From Phaeosaccion multiseriatum (lineage: Eukaryota > Protista > Ochrophyta, other classes), in contig OZ218962.1 in assembly GCA_965112735.1 (NCBI GenBank), positions 682,001-746,000 on the forward strand: a stretch of 64,000 bases of DNA, given 5' to 3'. Of the stretch, positions 36,142 through 49,355 are shown one piece after another (the stretch's first letter is position 1; every line of letters begins with the position of its first letter). Below the pieces are notes generated by a model, which saw only the letters and a program-made list of their open reading frames with translations, did no database searches and was not told the DNA's origin. Both the position numbers and the translations under genes were made by a program.

Positions 36142-38196
36142 ATGAGGGCCAAGTACAAGCGGGCGCCTACCCCATTCCTTCTGACTTTGCACAAGATCCT
36201 GACCGAGGAGAGCGACGAGGTTATTGCGTGGGATGAAGGGCGGTTGCTGCTACTTGACCCAGTTAGGGTCACGAATGAGATCCTGGGGGCGTACTTTACG
36301 CACAACAAGTGAGTGGAGGAGGGGGTGGGGGCACCAGCTGCTCCTCCGTAAGCAACTTTGCTATGATTTGTGCCTTTTCTTTTTCTTCCTTCATTCACCC
36401 CCTTTTCCCCTTCCCCCTTCCATCCTGCCTGCTTCCTACCGCTTGCCCCCCTCCCCCCCAGGCTGACGAGCTTCACAAGGCAGCTGAACTACTTTGGATT
36501 CAAGAAAGTGCAGGACGGCGGCGTGGGGCGTGGTAAAGGAGGCAACAGCACCGGCAGCAACGTCAAGCCCTCGATTGTCTACGCCAACGAGACTCTCATC
36601 GGCCTCAAGGACCCAGCGTGTGTCATCCACCTGCGCCGCAACAGGGAAGGGGGCAAGGACGATGTGCAGTCGGGGAAAGCCCCCGAACAAACCGCAGTCG
36701 CCGCAGCGATAGCAGCAGCGGTGGCAGCAGCGGCAGCGGCAGATGCAGCAGCAGCAACACCCAGCGTGTACGTGGCCGCTCCTACCGCCGTGGAAGAGGA
36801 TGCGGGCGACAGCAGCAGCGGCGGCGGTGGGTGGTCCGTGTCACCTCCATCGGCTGCAGCGAGGCACCATCGCGTCCATCATCCTGATGAGGGAGGAGGA
36901 GGAGGAGTAGGAGGAGGAGAAGGAGGAGGACGACGAGGGGTGGGGGAGGGCTACAGGCGCAGCGGGGTGGGGGGGAGTCAGGCGAGGCGCACACCCTGCA
37001 GAGTGGAAGGGTGCGAGAGCAGTGCCGTACAGGGCGGTAGAGGAGTGTGCACGCGCCATGGGGCGAATGGCGTCCCTGTGCGCGGAGGAGGGGGAGAGGG
37101 GGGGGGGTGGCAGCACCACCCGCAGCCACATCGTTGCACTGAGCAGCAGCAGCAGGCGCAGTATGGGCAGCGGCACTGTAGCGACATGCGCATAAACCAT
37201 AGCTTTTCTGCTTCGGAGGAAGGCAGCTCTCAGGGGGGTCGAAAGAGGATGAGGCATCTTCTTCTCGCTCTCGCGGCTCAGCAGCATGGGGGAGGGCCCG
37301 GTGGGGCTGAAGAGCCGAGCACGCTCAAGCGCTATCGCGGGGATGGTGGCGAGATGAATGCTCACCACCAGGAGCAGCAGCAGGAGCAGCAGCAGGAGCA
37401 GCAGGAGCAGCAGCAGTGGGGAAGACGGGGGGTCGGGAGTGTGGTTGGTCCGGCGTACTACCAACAGCAGCACCAGCAGGACCACCACCAGCAGGACCAG
37501 CATCAGGCAGAGCAAGAGGAAGAGGCGAGGCGCGACAACAGAGCCCGAGAGGGCGCGTTTGGGCCTCATCATGGGCAGGCTCGGCAGGCCCTCGTCCCAT
37601 CCAATCTCAAGAGGGGCGGCATGTCTGCTCCTCAGACACACCCTCCTCTGCTACAGTCCTCCCTGTCCTGGAGGAGTACTCCGTTCTGTGACAGCCGCAG
37701 CCGTAGAACCAACAGCGGTAGTGGCAGTACGAGCAGCAGCAGTTGCAGTATCAGCGGTAGCAGCAGCACCAGCAGCACCAGCAACAACTGCGAGCAGACG
37801 GCAGGGAACATGTGCCGCAGCAAGCAGCAGGAGGCAGGAGGGCAACAGCAAGCATGGACGAGCCCCGAGGGGACGCCTTGCGCAGTCGATTGGCGTCAGG
37901 TCATGAATAGTCCGGAGTACCAACACGAAGAGCAAGACGAGGAGATGGAGGGGCAGGGGGAGGAGGGCGTGTGGCAACAAGAGCGTCCCCCTTTCTACCG
38001 CCACCATGACGTGGAGGAGGCGAATGGAAGGCATATGGGAACGGTCAGACACATGTACGAGAGGCGGCAAAACCGGGGCAGGGAGGGAGACGGGCGGGAG
38101 AAAGGCTACTACGGGGGCGATGACAACGAGGAGTATCAGCGGGTTGCAAGGGGTCCAGAGGAGAGTGAGGAACGCAAAGGTGGAGGAGACTCGTAG
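36142..38196 (+). CDS. Heat-shock-factor-type DNA-binding protein with one CX4C..C..HG zinc-finger-like motif
   Basis: PFLLTLHKIL..IAW..YFTHNK|LTSFTRQLNYFGFKK with intron 36309-36461; CRVEGCESSAVQGGRGVCTRHG. Confidence 0.9.
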
Positions 38197-38614
38197 CGTC
38201 AGCGTTTCCTGGGGGGAGGGGAGGAGCAGACAAGGGCAAGGGCAGCAGCGAGAGGCCGGGGCCCGGGGGGTGGAGCCGTGATATTCTCGTGGTCTTGCTA
38301 GAGGAGTCCTAGAGGAGTCGATGAGGAGAAGGGAGAGATGGTGCCGGACAAGGAGAAGAAGGAACAAGACGGACACGGAAGGAAGGAGAAAGAGAAGAAG
38401 AGGGGAGAGGATGTGTGTGTATTGACGTCCGTGAATGACGAGGAAGGATTGGTGCCGGTGCTCTGGGAGTGAGGCAACGGGAGAAACACGACTACACACA
38501 CACTCACTCACTCACTCACTCACTCACTCGAGTGTGGAACGAACGCGCAGCTGAGCATCGGAGACGAAATGTACAATACAGGAAGAAGTGGGGAAGGGAA
38601 GAGGACCGTAGAAC

Positions 38615-38806
<192 letters not shown>

Positions 38807-39487
38807 AATCACCATCACAACTCTCATCTCTCGATCAACGACAGTCGAGCGACCGTCAAAGGGCAGTCGATTGAGATGAGTGTGTTCAATAGACGAACTA
38901 TACTGTAGAAAACTATAGAAGAACTATACTATATCAATTCTTCTTTCATTTTTCATTTAGGTGTCATTCATCGATCTCTCTCATGGTGGGCTCAAAGCGG
39001 AACCAGACCAGAGCCAATGCAGTAGCAGCCAGGCCGGCCAGATAAAAGGTACTTCCGTGTGTATGCGAGGCTGTATATGGATATGTACGTACGCGCGCCT
39101 CCCCCCCCAGGGATCAACACCGTCACCCCACGTGCTTACACACGACTCAATCTTCTCTCTTCTCTCCCCTTCCCAACAGACAGGGAGGGAGGAAGGCTAT
39201 GATAATCCTACGGTGGAGTGATTGCTTTCGTCCTTCCCATTCGAAGGGACTACATGTACCCTCTTTTTTTCACCCCTTTCACTTAACTGTAAAAACAATT
39301 GACGGCTCAAAACCATAAATAACTGGCGCACACCCACAAGCAACACAAAGAGGCAGCCCAGCCAAGCCAAGCCAAGCCAAGCCAAGCCAGACAGCCAGCA
39401 CTGAAGAACCAACTCACTCACTCACTCACTCACTCACTCACTCAGCAAACAAGTGCCTAGCAAGAGCCGCAGCCACAGGCAAGTGCC

Positions 39488-41169
39488 TCACAGGTTGCTG
39501 ACGGGCGTGGAGAGGGACTGCCAAAAGGCCTCTGTAGACAGGGCCGAGGACTTCGCCGCCTTCAGGAAGCGTGCAGAGATGCGCATGCTCTCCAGCATCT
39601 GGTCGATCTTGCGCTGCTCAACCCATGGCAGTGGATGGCAGTGGATTGGGGGTGGGGAGGGATGGCAGTGGACGGAGGTTGGGGATGGGGGATGGCAGTG
39701 GATGGGGGGCAGGGGCAGGGTAGAGCGAAGGTAGACAGTTGAGCGGCAGATAGAGCAGGGCAAGAGGACGACGCCGACATACGGGAAATCGATGTATCGA
39801 CATACAATGTAGATGGGTCGATAGTCCACCCTTCTCCCCTTACCTTTGAGCTAGGCACGGGGTTGTCTACGAAGAACTGCTCCACCTCGTCGATCTTGTC
39901 CGAGGCAGAGAAGCCGCCGCAGCACAACACGATGACCGTGTCCATCAGAGAGGGAGCGGCCTTTGCCAGCTTGGACTGGAGAAGGGGGGGGAGGGGAGCG
40001 AACAAGGAAAGAAGAAGAACGAGGGGGAGGGGAGTGAGAGAGGGAGCTGAGCAGGGGTGGGCGATTGGCTGCAGCAAGGATGCACGGAGGCAGTCCAAAG
40101 CTCAACAAGAGCTACATCGCCTCCTCCTTTTTGCCACGCGCACGCACACACACACAAGCACGCACGCACACACCTTGATGTTGGCAAAGTTCTCCTTGAA
40201 GAAGTCGTAAGTGAGCAGTCTGCCCTCTCTGCCGCTGCCCGACACGCTGCCGATCGGGTAGAAGAAGTCCTGCACGATGAGAGGGGCCAAGGGGCATAAT
40301 GAGGGGGACGAAGGGGCATAATGAGAGGGACCGAGGGGCACAAGGACAGGACCCAAGGGGCACAATGAGAGAGACCAAGGGGCACCTACTTACCTGCGTG
40401 AGGAGGTCGCTGAGGGCCCACTGCAGCACCTTGCGCTTCAAGGCGGGGGTGGCGGCGCAGCCGATGCCTCCATAGACCATCTTCTTCTCGATGTTGGTTT
40501 CCGCTCTGTTGTAGACTGCCATCAGCTTGTCAAACTCGGCTTGGCCTCCTCCCTGCGTGCGTGCGTGCGTGCGTGTGTGCGTGCGTACACAGGTGGTACA
40601 ATTCGTGCATAGGATGAGGCATAATAGAAATACACGTGTCCGGGTGGTATGAGGAGAGGAGGAGGAGCAAAGAGAGGGTAGGACAGGGCAGGACATGGAG
40701 AGAAGCGTAGACAGTCAATCACATCCCACTCAGATACCCAACTCAGAGCCCCACCTTTTCTCCTGACACTCTCCCACTACCCTGACACTCTCCCACTGTC
40801 CTGACACCCACCCACTGTCCTGACACCCACCCACTGTCCTGACACCCACCCACTGTCCTGACACCCACCCACTGTCCTGACACCCACCCACTGTCCTGAC
40901 ACCCACCCACTGTCCTGACACCCACCCACTGTCCTGACACCTTCCCCACCCACTCACCTTGAGGACGAGTTTGTAGACAGAAACGGTGTACTCCGAGGGC
41001 AGGGTAACGGTGTCATCGGGGTCGGCAAGGTGAGCCTCGAAGCGGCGAGAGGCCTCCGACAGCACTGCAGCGTCCGAGTCAGAGAACTTGCCCAGCAGCT
41101 GAGGAGGGAGGGAGGGAGGGAGGGACAGGGGGGGGGTTGAGTTTGAGATTGGGGTTGGGCTTGGGGTGT

Positions 41170-41210
<41 letters not shown>

Positions 41211-44200
41211 GCGACGTACGTATGTACCTGGATCATGGTGCCCCTGAGCAGCTTCCCGAGGTGCCCGTCGTCTTCCCTGGGGTCCCAGCCCACCCGCTGT
41301 GCACAGGGGGTGATAAGGCCTCTGCAGAAGGTCTTGAGGGGGGTGTAGATGGACTCGTCCTCAGTCAGGATCTTGTCCAGGGCCTGGTGTGCGGGGAAGG
41401 AGGAGGAGGAGGAGGAGGAGGAGGAGGAGGAAGAGGAGGAGGAGGAGGAGGAGGAGAGGAGGAGGAGAAGGAGGAGGAGGAGGGGGAAGGGGCTATGCAA
41501 CATTAAGGCACGCTTGGAGAGGAACACAAGATTCATGGATTGGGGAGATGAATAGAGAAACGGACAGATAGTTACATCCGTACACTGCCGTCCGTACACT
41601 GCCATCCACCCACACCCACCCATCCACTGCCATCCACTCCTCCACAGCCATCTGTGACTTCTCTGTAACGTACGTTGAGCACCATGGCCATCATCTCCCA
41701 GACTGTGCTGTTGGTTTCCTCCGTGTAGGCGGGCAACAGGCGCACAAGGTCAGCGGGGTCCATCATGCCCGCCTGTGATGACGCGGAGGGGGGAGAGGGG
41801 AGGGAGGGAGGGTGGGGGGGAAGAGAGGGGAGATGGAAGAGATTTAGAGGGGAGAAAGAGGGTGGAAATGAGACTGTTGAGACCAAGTTGAAGTGCCTTT
41901 CTCTTTCCTTCTCTTCCTCTCTTTCTCTCTCGCTCTCTCTCTTCGCTCTTTCCCCCCTCTCTCTCTGTCTTTCTTTCTTCTCCCTTTCTCTCTAACACAT
42001 TCCCTCTCTCTCTGTCTCACCTTGGCCAGTGCGTAAGCATCGCTGAGCACTCCAGCCCTGTCGCTTGAAGGGAGCTCTTGGGACTTGATCGCAGTCTGAA
42101 CAACAGCAGCAGGAGTTGGTGATCCGGCAGCAACACCAGCAGCGGTTGGTGTTATAGCAGCAGCAACGACAGTAGTAGGGGTAGGCCCGTGTATCGCATG
42201 CATCGAAAGGATCAGCGCCACCCCACCAGGACAAGAGGGAAGAGGGGAGCACACGGCCAGGAGACAAGAAGGGAGAAGAGGGGAGGGGAGGAGAGGGGAG
42301 GGGAGGGGAGGGGAGGGGAGGGTAGAAAGACTTCTTCACTGACTTACCTCGAGGCCCTTGAGCATGCTTGGTGTGTAGAGCACGCGCATGAGCGTGTCCT
42401 GTCCGTAGTTGAGCTTCACCCACGCGTCGTCAGACTTGAGTGGCAGAGTGATCTTCTTGGTCTGTGGTTGTTTTTGTTGTTGTGTAGGACAGCACAGCAG
42501 CAATGGGCAAAAGAGGTGAGGGCGAGGACAGGAGAGAGTAGAGGAGAGAGAGGATAGGAGGGAGGAGAGAGGAGAGAGGAGAGAGGAAAGACAGGAGAGA
42601 CAGGAGAGAAGAGAGAAGAGGACACACGACAGAACAGTGAATATATATATATATATATATTGTGGTATACAACTCTACCCATACACCTCTCCCCTGCCAC
42701 CCTACCTTTGTGTCCATGACCTCCATCCTGGCCTTGTCCATACCCGGCGTGAAGCAAAGGAGGGGAATATTCCAAAGCTTCTCCTCCCCCGCCTCGATAG
42801 GGCTGCCGTCGGCAAGGAACCACGACTGCTCAAGCTCCAGCGTCACCTTACCAGCGCGCAGGGGATGTCAATAGTGGGTGGATTAGCGATTAGCGACACA
42901 AGCAAGAATTCTAGGCTCCCTTCTCTCCTCTCTCTCTCCCTTCTTCCGCCTCCCTCCCTCCCCCCTCTCACTCTTCTCTCTCTCTCTCCCGCTGTTTCTC
43001 TCCCTCTCTCTCTCCCCCCCCCCCTCACCTCGCCGGCCGAGCGCTCCTCCCCAATGACCTTTACCACGGGGTGCCCTGCAGCAATGATATGTAAGGATAT
43101 GTAAGGGAATACATACTCAAACGTTACTTAATCATACTTAATCTTCCTTACCCATCTGCTCGGTCCAGCTCGACATGATCTCTGAGATAGGCTTGCCGGA
43201 TACGTCTGCCCACGCCTGCCATAGGTGGAAGGTTTCCGTGTTGCCGTATTTGTGCCTGTCCATGTACACCTATTCAGTTGTTTGGTGTCGGTTGCAGGAA
43301 AGCAGTACCGCAGAGCAGCCGAGCAGCATCAGCATGCCCACACACAGAGCGAGAGTGAGTGAGTGAGTGACTGAGCGAGTGAGTTGGGTAGGTCGGTCCA
43401 TACACGGGACACACGCACACACACACGCACACACACACACACACACCTGCAGGTTTGTACTGAAACCTCCCACACACGCACCTGCAGACCCTTCTTGAAA
43501 TCCTCCTCCCCGAGGATGGCAAAGAGCATCTTAACAACACAGGCACCTTTGCAGTAGGAGATGGCATCGAACACCTGCTCCACCTCCTCCGCGTGGGCAA
43601 TGGGAACCTGCCAGGGAATGGAGGCGGGGGGTGGGGGGGGCGGGAGGAGACAAGATACTTGACTTAGTAAACCGACTCCTGGATCCACGAGGTGCCATAC
43701 AACCACATAGCCCATATACCTGAATGGGGTGGGAGCTGCGCAGACTGTCTAGCCTCAACGCCGCCGCCTGATCATCACACACAAACTGTGTAAACATGTC
43801 CCACTCGGGGAAGATGACGTCAGCGGCGAAGGTCTGGGTCCAGGAGGCGAATCCCTCGTTGAGCCACAGGTCTGACCACCACCCCATTGTCACCAGGTTT
43901 CCGAACCACTGTGCGTATACGCGTATAGGGTTGGGGGGAGAGGAGTGAGAGTGAGGGGGGAGGGGAGTGAGGGGGGTGTGGCAAAAGAGAGAGTGCAGGG
44001 GTGGGTGGGTGCTTAGGTTGGTAGGTACGTAGGTACGTAGTTGGCAAAACCTCTACCTCCTTACTTGGTGAGCAAGCTCGTGCGTGACGACGGTGCACAC
44101 TCGCTGGCGCTGCTGGGAAGACGCCTTCTTTTCGTCGATGAGTAGATCCACCTGAATGTGTTCATGCGTGCGTGGTGTGTGTGTGTTTGTGTGTGTGAGT

Positions 44201-46177
44201 GTGTGTGTGTGTGGGTGTGTGTGTGTGACAATAAGGAGACACGGGGATAGACAGGGGCCAGACCGGGAAGAGGGATTAGAGGCACATGGGGAGGGAAGGA
44301 AGGAAGGAAGGAAGGAAGGAGGGACGGAAGGAAGAAAGGAGGGACGGAGGAAGGAAGCGAAGGAGGAGAGGAAGTGGAGGGATTCTTCCGCGTCTCTGGG
44401 GAGGAGAGTCTCGCTGCCCCACACGCGATACACCTATCTCAGCTCTCCTCCACGCACACTTATATATCACACACACTCGCACGTACTCACTTACCTCTCG
44501 GTAGGTTACGAGTCCCCAATTCTCCATCGCCCCCATTGCAAACTCAGGAATGGCCACCATGTCCAGCTTGGGCAGCGGGTAGGGCGTTTGGAAGAAGTCG
44601 TCGTAAAGGTCCAGCGTCTTGACCGCCACCTGCAAGCGGGTTGGGGGGAGGAGGAGGGGGCGGGTGAGGGAGGAGGAGGAGAAAGAGGAGGAGGAGGGGG
44701 AGGAGGAGGAGGAGGAGAAAGAGGAGGAGGAGGGTGAGAGGGGAGGGGGGGGGCGGAGGAGGAGGTGGAGAAGGAGGAGGAAGGGGAAGAGAAGACGTAG
44801 GTAGAGACTTACATCTAGCGCGAAGCTTCCGAGGTGCGTCTTGCCCGGGGGCGTGTAGACCTTGATGCTGACTCCGTTCTTGGTGCGGCTCTGCACAAAG
44901 TCAAACTCACCCACGCAAAAGGCGAGCAGGTACGTGCTCATGAGGGGAGAGGGCATGAAGGTCACCTCCTTCATCACTGCCTTGTTACCGCTACTATCAT
45001 TGGCAGGCAGGGGCAACTCCTTGCTCTCAGTCTCGGGCATGTTGCTAAAGGCCGTGAGGGCGGAGGGGACGACGAGGGTTACTGCGAAGACGGCCTTCCT
45101 CTGAGGCTCGTCCCAGCAGGGGAAGCAGCGGCGGGCGTCGAGGGGTTCGAACTGGGTGCTGGCCATTGTCTTCTTCTCGCCCTTGATGTTCTTGTAGCTG
45201 GAACGATAGAATCCGGCCATCTGGGGGCGGTAGGGGCCGTGGAGGGGAGGGAGGGAGGGAGGGAGGGGATGGATGGATGAGGGGAAGGGAGTGGGTGCAT
45301 ACGCATGAGTGATTGAAAGCATGTACGACATGAGCCAGTGAGGGAGTTAAGTGAGTGAGTGAGTGGGCGAGTGAGGGTGTGTGTGAGTGAGTGAGTGAGT
45401 GGTAATGATACCTGGTCGTTCAGGCATCCCTCGAAGGTCATGGCGATAGTCCCCTGCCCCGGGGCGAGTTCCTCCTCGAACGTGAAGGAGACCACGGTGA
45501 GCTTCATGTCAAAGCTCATGGACAGGGGTTCCGTCTTCTTGCCGTCCGCGCCGGTGTAGCTCATCTTCATTCGTGATAGAGTGATCGCGTCGGGGTCAGG
45601 TACAGGGTCGGTACAGCAGAGTAGTAGTAGCAGAGAGAGAGGGGTGGGAATACAAATATACCAGCACTTCGTTTGAGTCAGAATTCGTATGAGGGTGGAG
45701 AGCCCCCCACCGTGGCTCATCCCATTACTTGTGACTGCAAACATCAGTCGCCAAGGTGAGCGTTCAGCCTCGATAACACAATCAATTCCTGTGTGTGTAT
45801 GTACCTCTTTGATGAACACCTCCTTGGAGTGCATCTGGATGGTCTTGGTGGCGGTAACAATCTGCGTCATGCCCAATCAGGGGCGGCACAGTAAGGGCGG
45901 TGACTCGTGGAGACTCCAGATCCAAGGAGAGAAAGTTAAAACCAAGAGTCTCCTTTTCGGCGGCCGCCAGCCGCCTCTCCCGCACGTCCGCTTGGCTCCG
46001 CTCCTCCCCTCCCTCCCGCACGCCTCTGCTCCCGCCACTCACCTCAACTTGGATGGTCTGTTCCCCATCGAAAGAGTGTTTGTCAATATCAAGAGCGAGC
46101 TTGATCGTGTACTTGGAGGGCTCCACATTGGGAGGTAGCAGCACACGTCCCTCTTCCACCTGCTTGTTCTTGCACAT
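39488..46177 (-). CDS. M1 family (puromycin-sensitive-type) aminopeptidase, many exons
   Basis: [74 protein letters not shown]. Confidence 0.96.
40761..40935. repeat. 20-bp intronic minisatellite (cccactgtcctgacacccac) x ~8
   Basis: Read directly from the sequence. Confidence 0.93.
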
Positions 46178-47656
46178 GATTACTGCTGTGGCTCGTCTAC
46201 CGTCCCTTGGCTCTTCAGGATGAGGGATGGATGAGGATCGGAACGATCTCAACGGGGGGGAACACCAAATGAACGAACATACCATTATGGAAACCTCTGC
46301 CTTCCCCCCCTGGTTTTGGCTCTCGTATGAGCTTCATTCTCCGATCAAGGTAGGTGTGTGAGAGGGAGGAGGGTCGGAAGGAGAGGCCGAAGTGTCCATG
46401 CGTGCAGGAGGTCGTGTCGGGGGCTGTGTCTCAGGCGGATATGAAGAGCCAAAAGAGGGATGGAGGGTTGTTGAAGGGCGGGAAGGCCTGGTCCTTCCTT
46501 GCTCTCTCTGTGGAGGGCTCCATCTGGAGAGGGAGGGCAGACTGCTGGTGCTCCTCTTTGGAAGGCGAGGGTGGCGGATATGCCGTGGAGAAGAGCTTGG
46601 AGGATGCAGAGAGTCGATGGGTGGGGGGAGAAGTGAAGCTCCATAATGCGGTTGCGTGGAGGCCAGCTTCCCCCACAGAGAGAGGGAATCATTGCGAGGA
46701 CTGAAGTAGAGGAAGGCGGGGAAGAGCGGCAGGCAGTAGCAGTGAATATGAGAACGAGACCTTGGACGGCTGAGGTCGGATCCAGGGGCATGTGAATGTC
46801 TACCCCCATGACTCAGGGCCATGCTGGGAGGTGGAGCGTGGGCCACAAGCGGTTTCCCTGTGGGGACGTGCTTTATCTGCTTGTTAGGTGCGAGGGCCTC
46901 CTATCCACCCCAATGCACTGGAACAATGGATAGGTGTGCTGCAGCGACAGGCAGGGCCCCTATCGGCCCTTGGGGGGGGGGGGGGGGCAGGACGTGACGG
47001 ACGCGGGTTGCATTGAGCGAGAGAACAAAGAAGAGCGGAGAAGCGGCAAACTCCTCCCTCGTCCTAGCTTCCTCTGGCGATGGGCTCCTGCGAGCCCCCG
47101 CTGTTCTGCTTCTGAGGGAGCGTGGGGAAGATTGCACCCTGATGGGAAGGCCCACGGCGATCGATACCCAGAGTAGCGCCGCTGTTCGTCCTCTCCTCTC
47201 CCCTGGTCGTCGAGGAGTTTACGGGAATGAGCTTGGACTAAGAGACTATTGCCAAGTAAAAAGGGCAGCTCATTCTTTACTGCTGAGTTTTGAAGCCAAC
47301 GGAGCTGGTGGTGGTGGTGATGTGGAAGAGACGAAGAATGCGCACAAGATGAAGCGAAGAGACGGAGAGAGGGCGACACACAACACAGAGAGAGAAAGAG
47401 ACAGAGAACGAGAGCAGTGGGATGGACTGTGGCAGGCGCCAAGAGACAGAAGAAAACGGAGAGAGGGGGGGAATTGAAAAACATGCACCTGCCCGTGCCC
47501 CCCACTGACCCCCGCCCCCCCCTCCCTTCCTCCCGCCCGCCCCCCCCTCGCTCCACTCCGCCCGTCTACTCGTCCCTTCTCCGCCAGGTTGTACGTAGTC
47601 AACTCTGTCTCTCCTTATCACTCCTCCTCCGCCTGACAACTAATCTCACGTCAGCG

Positions 47657-48530
47657 ATGGTGCGCGCAGTGGTCCTCTTTGTTGGCATGCTGGCCTCAGC
47701 CTCGGCATTCATGCCTGCTCCTCTCGCAGGGATGAAGGCAAGCTCCTCCGCCGCTAGAAGAGGTGAGGTCAAGGGAAGGGGAGAGGTTGAGAGGAGGGGC
47801 GAAGAGCTGTCCCTGAGTATGCCATACCACGACGTCGTTTTGAGAGTGGATGGATGGGAGGAAGGGAGGGAGGGACGGAGCCACGGGGAGGCTAGAGAAG
47901 ACGTATGCGAGCAGTAGTCTGAGGAATATGCTTTGTTAAGAGCTGGGGATAGAAGGGAGGGTCCCAAGGCTAAATCTTCCCACATGCCACAGTACGAGGG
48001 GCGGGGGTAGCAGCGCTGAGGGAGGGGGGAGGGGAAGGCAAGGCGGCGGTGATGGATAGCTTTAAAGCGCGGAGCATATGCACGTGGCTGCGTCCGAGGC
48101 ACAACGATTCTCGTATGGCGTATCGGGTTAGGAGCAAGGCTTGGGAGGGTGCCAGGTTGGTCGCTTGTTCGACGCCCGCTTCTTCTTTTCTTTTTTGAAC
48201 AAAGCGTTGTTTCTCCTCTTCCATCCACCCCTTCCACACACACACACACACACGCGCACACACACAGTCCGAAGTCCCAAGCAGCTTGCGTCCTCGATGG
48301 CAGTAGACTGGGAGGCGGAGATCCACGCCAACGAGGGGAAGGTTGCCGAGACGTGGTTCAAGGACTACGATGACGCATACGAGAACGTGAAGAAGGGCCT
48401 CAAGACGGACTGGAAGGACGTGCAGGAAGAGCTTGACGCGGCAGAGACTGACATTGAGAAGGGAGTATCAAGCGCCACGCTCGAACCCCCAGCCAGCTAC
48501 GCGGATAAGATCGGTTCGGAGGGGCAGTAA
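47657..48530 (+). CDS. Small (~122 aa) plastid-targeted protein of unknown function
   Basis: Exons 47657-47762 and 48268-48530. Signal peptide ends ASA-FMP (ASAFAP-type), followed by an S/A/R-rich transit peptide and an acidic helical domain. Confidence 0.82.
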
Positions 48531-49355
48531 ACAAACACACTGCGCTTTACTTGCTTCCTTTCCTTCCCTTCCCTTCCCCCGCCATGCCTGCGTCTTGTTC
48601 GTCCCGACCGTTTTTTTGGTATCATTTTTCGGCTTGTCTTTGCCCCCCCCCCCCCTCCCCTCTCACCCTGTTGTTGTCCGGACGAGTGGTAGAGTCGTTC
48701 GATGAGCAGGAGTAGGGGTAGAGGGCTTGGTGGAGTGTAGGGGGGAGGAGCGGGCGGTGGGTAGGCTTGGGCGGAAGAAGTACTGCAGAGCACAGGGGGG
48801 ATCCCCTGCGCTCTTGCCTGCCCCGCCTTTCCACCTCTCCAAGTGGTTTGGTGATGGAGAGAAAAAGAGAAGACACCCATTGTAGAGGCGATGAGTATAG
48901 ATTAATAGATGCTGATGATGTCGAAGATTCCGGCCCCAACAGGCCTTGATCTGCTCTCTATATTGCTGAGCGATATTTGCCACCAAAGTGTGAGCGGCCT
49001 CCTTCCCTTTTACCTCTTCCCTGCCTGGTAATCAGTGTCTTTCCCCCCCATTTGGTTGGTAGCATCTCAGAGCTTGAGTAGGTTGGTAGCATCTCACAAG
49101 TACCCTTGCATCCAGGACGGGGGAGGGAGGCGGGAGACGGGCGGGGTGTAGAGAGTTCAGGTTCAGTTACGTGGAGAAGGTGGTGCTCTCTGCTCTGACT
49201 CACAGGTTCCGCGGCCTGTTCCTTCACTCTCACTCTTGCATCACCTCTCCTCTGGGATGCGTATCGGGCTGTCAGCGTTTGCGCTACCTTTCTCAGCATC
49301 TACTCGCCGACACATCGCTCCTTCCTCGCTGCTGCTGTTTGCGTCGTCAAGTACC

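Noticed and set aside
46300-47600. Several 100-200-aa ORFs between the aminopeptidase and the plastid protein (likewise 16600-17100)
   Set aside because: No recognisable motifs or consistent splice model; such ORFs are expected by chance at this GC content.
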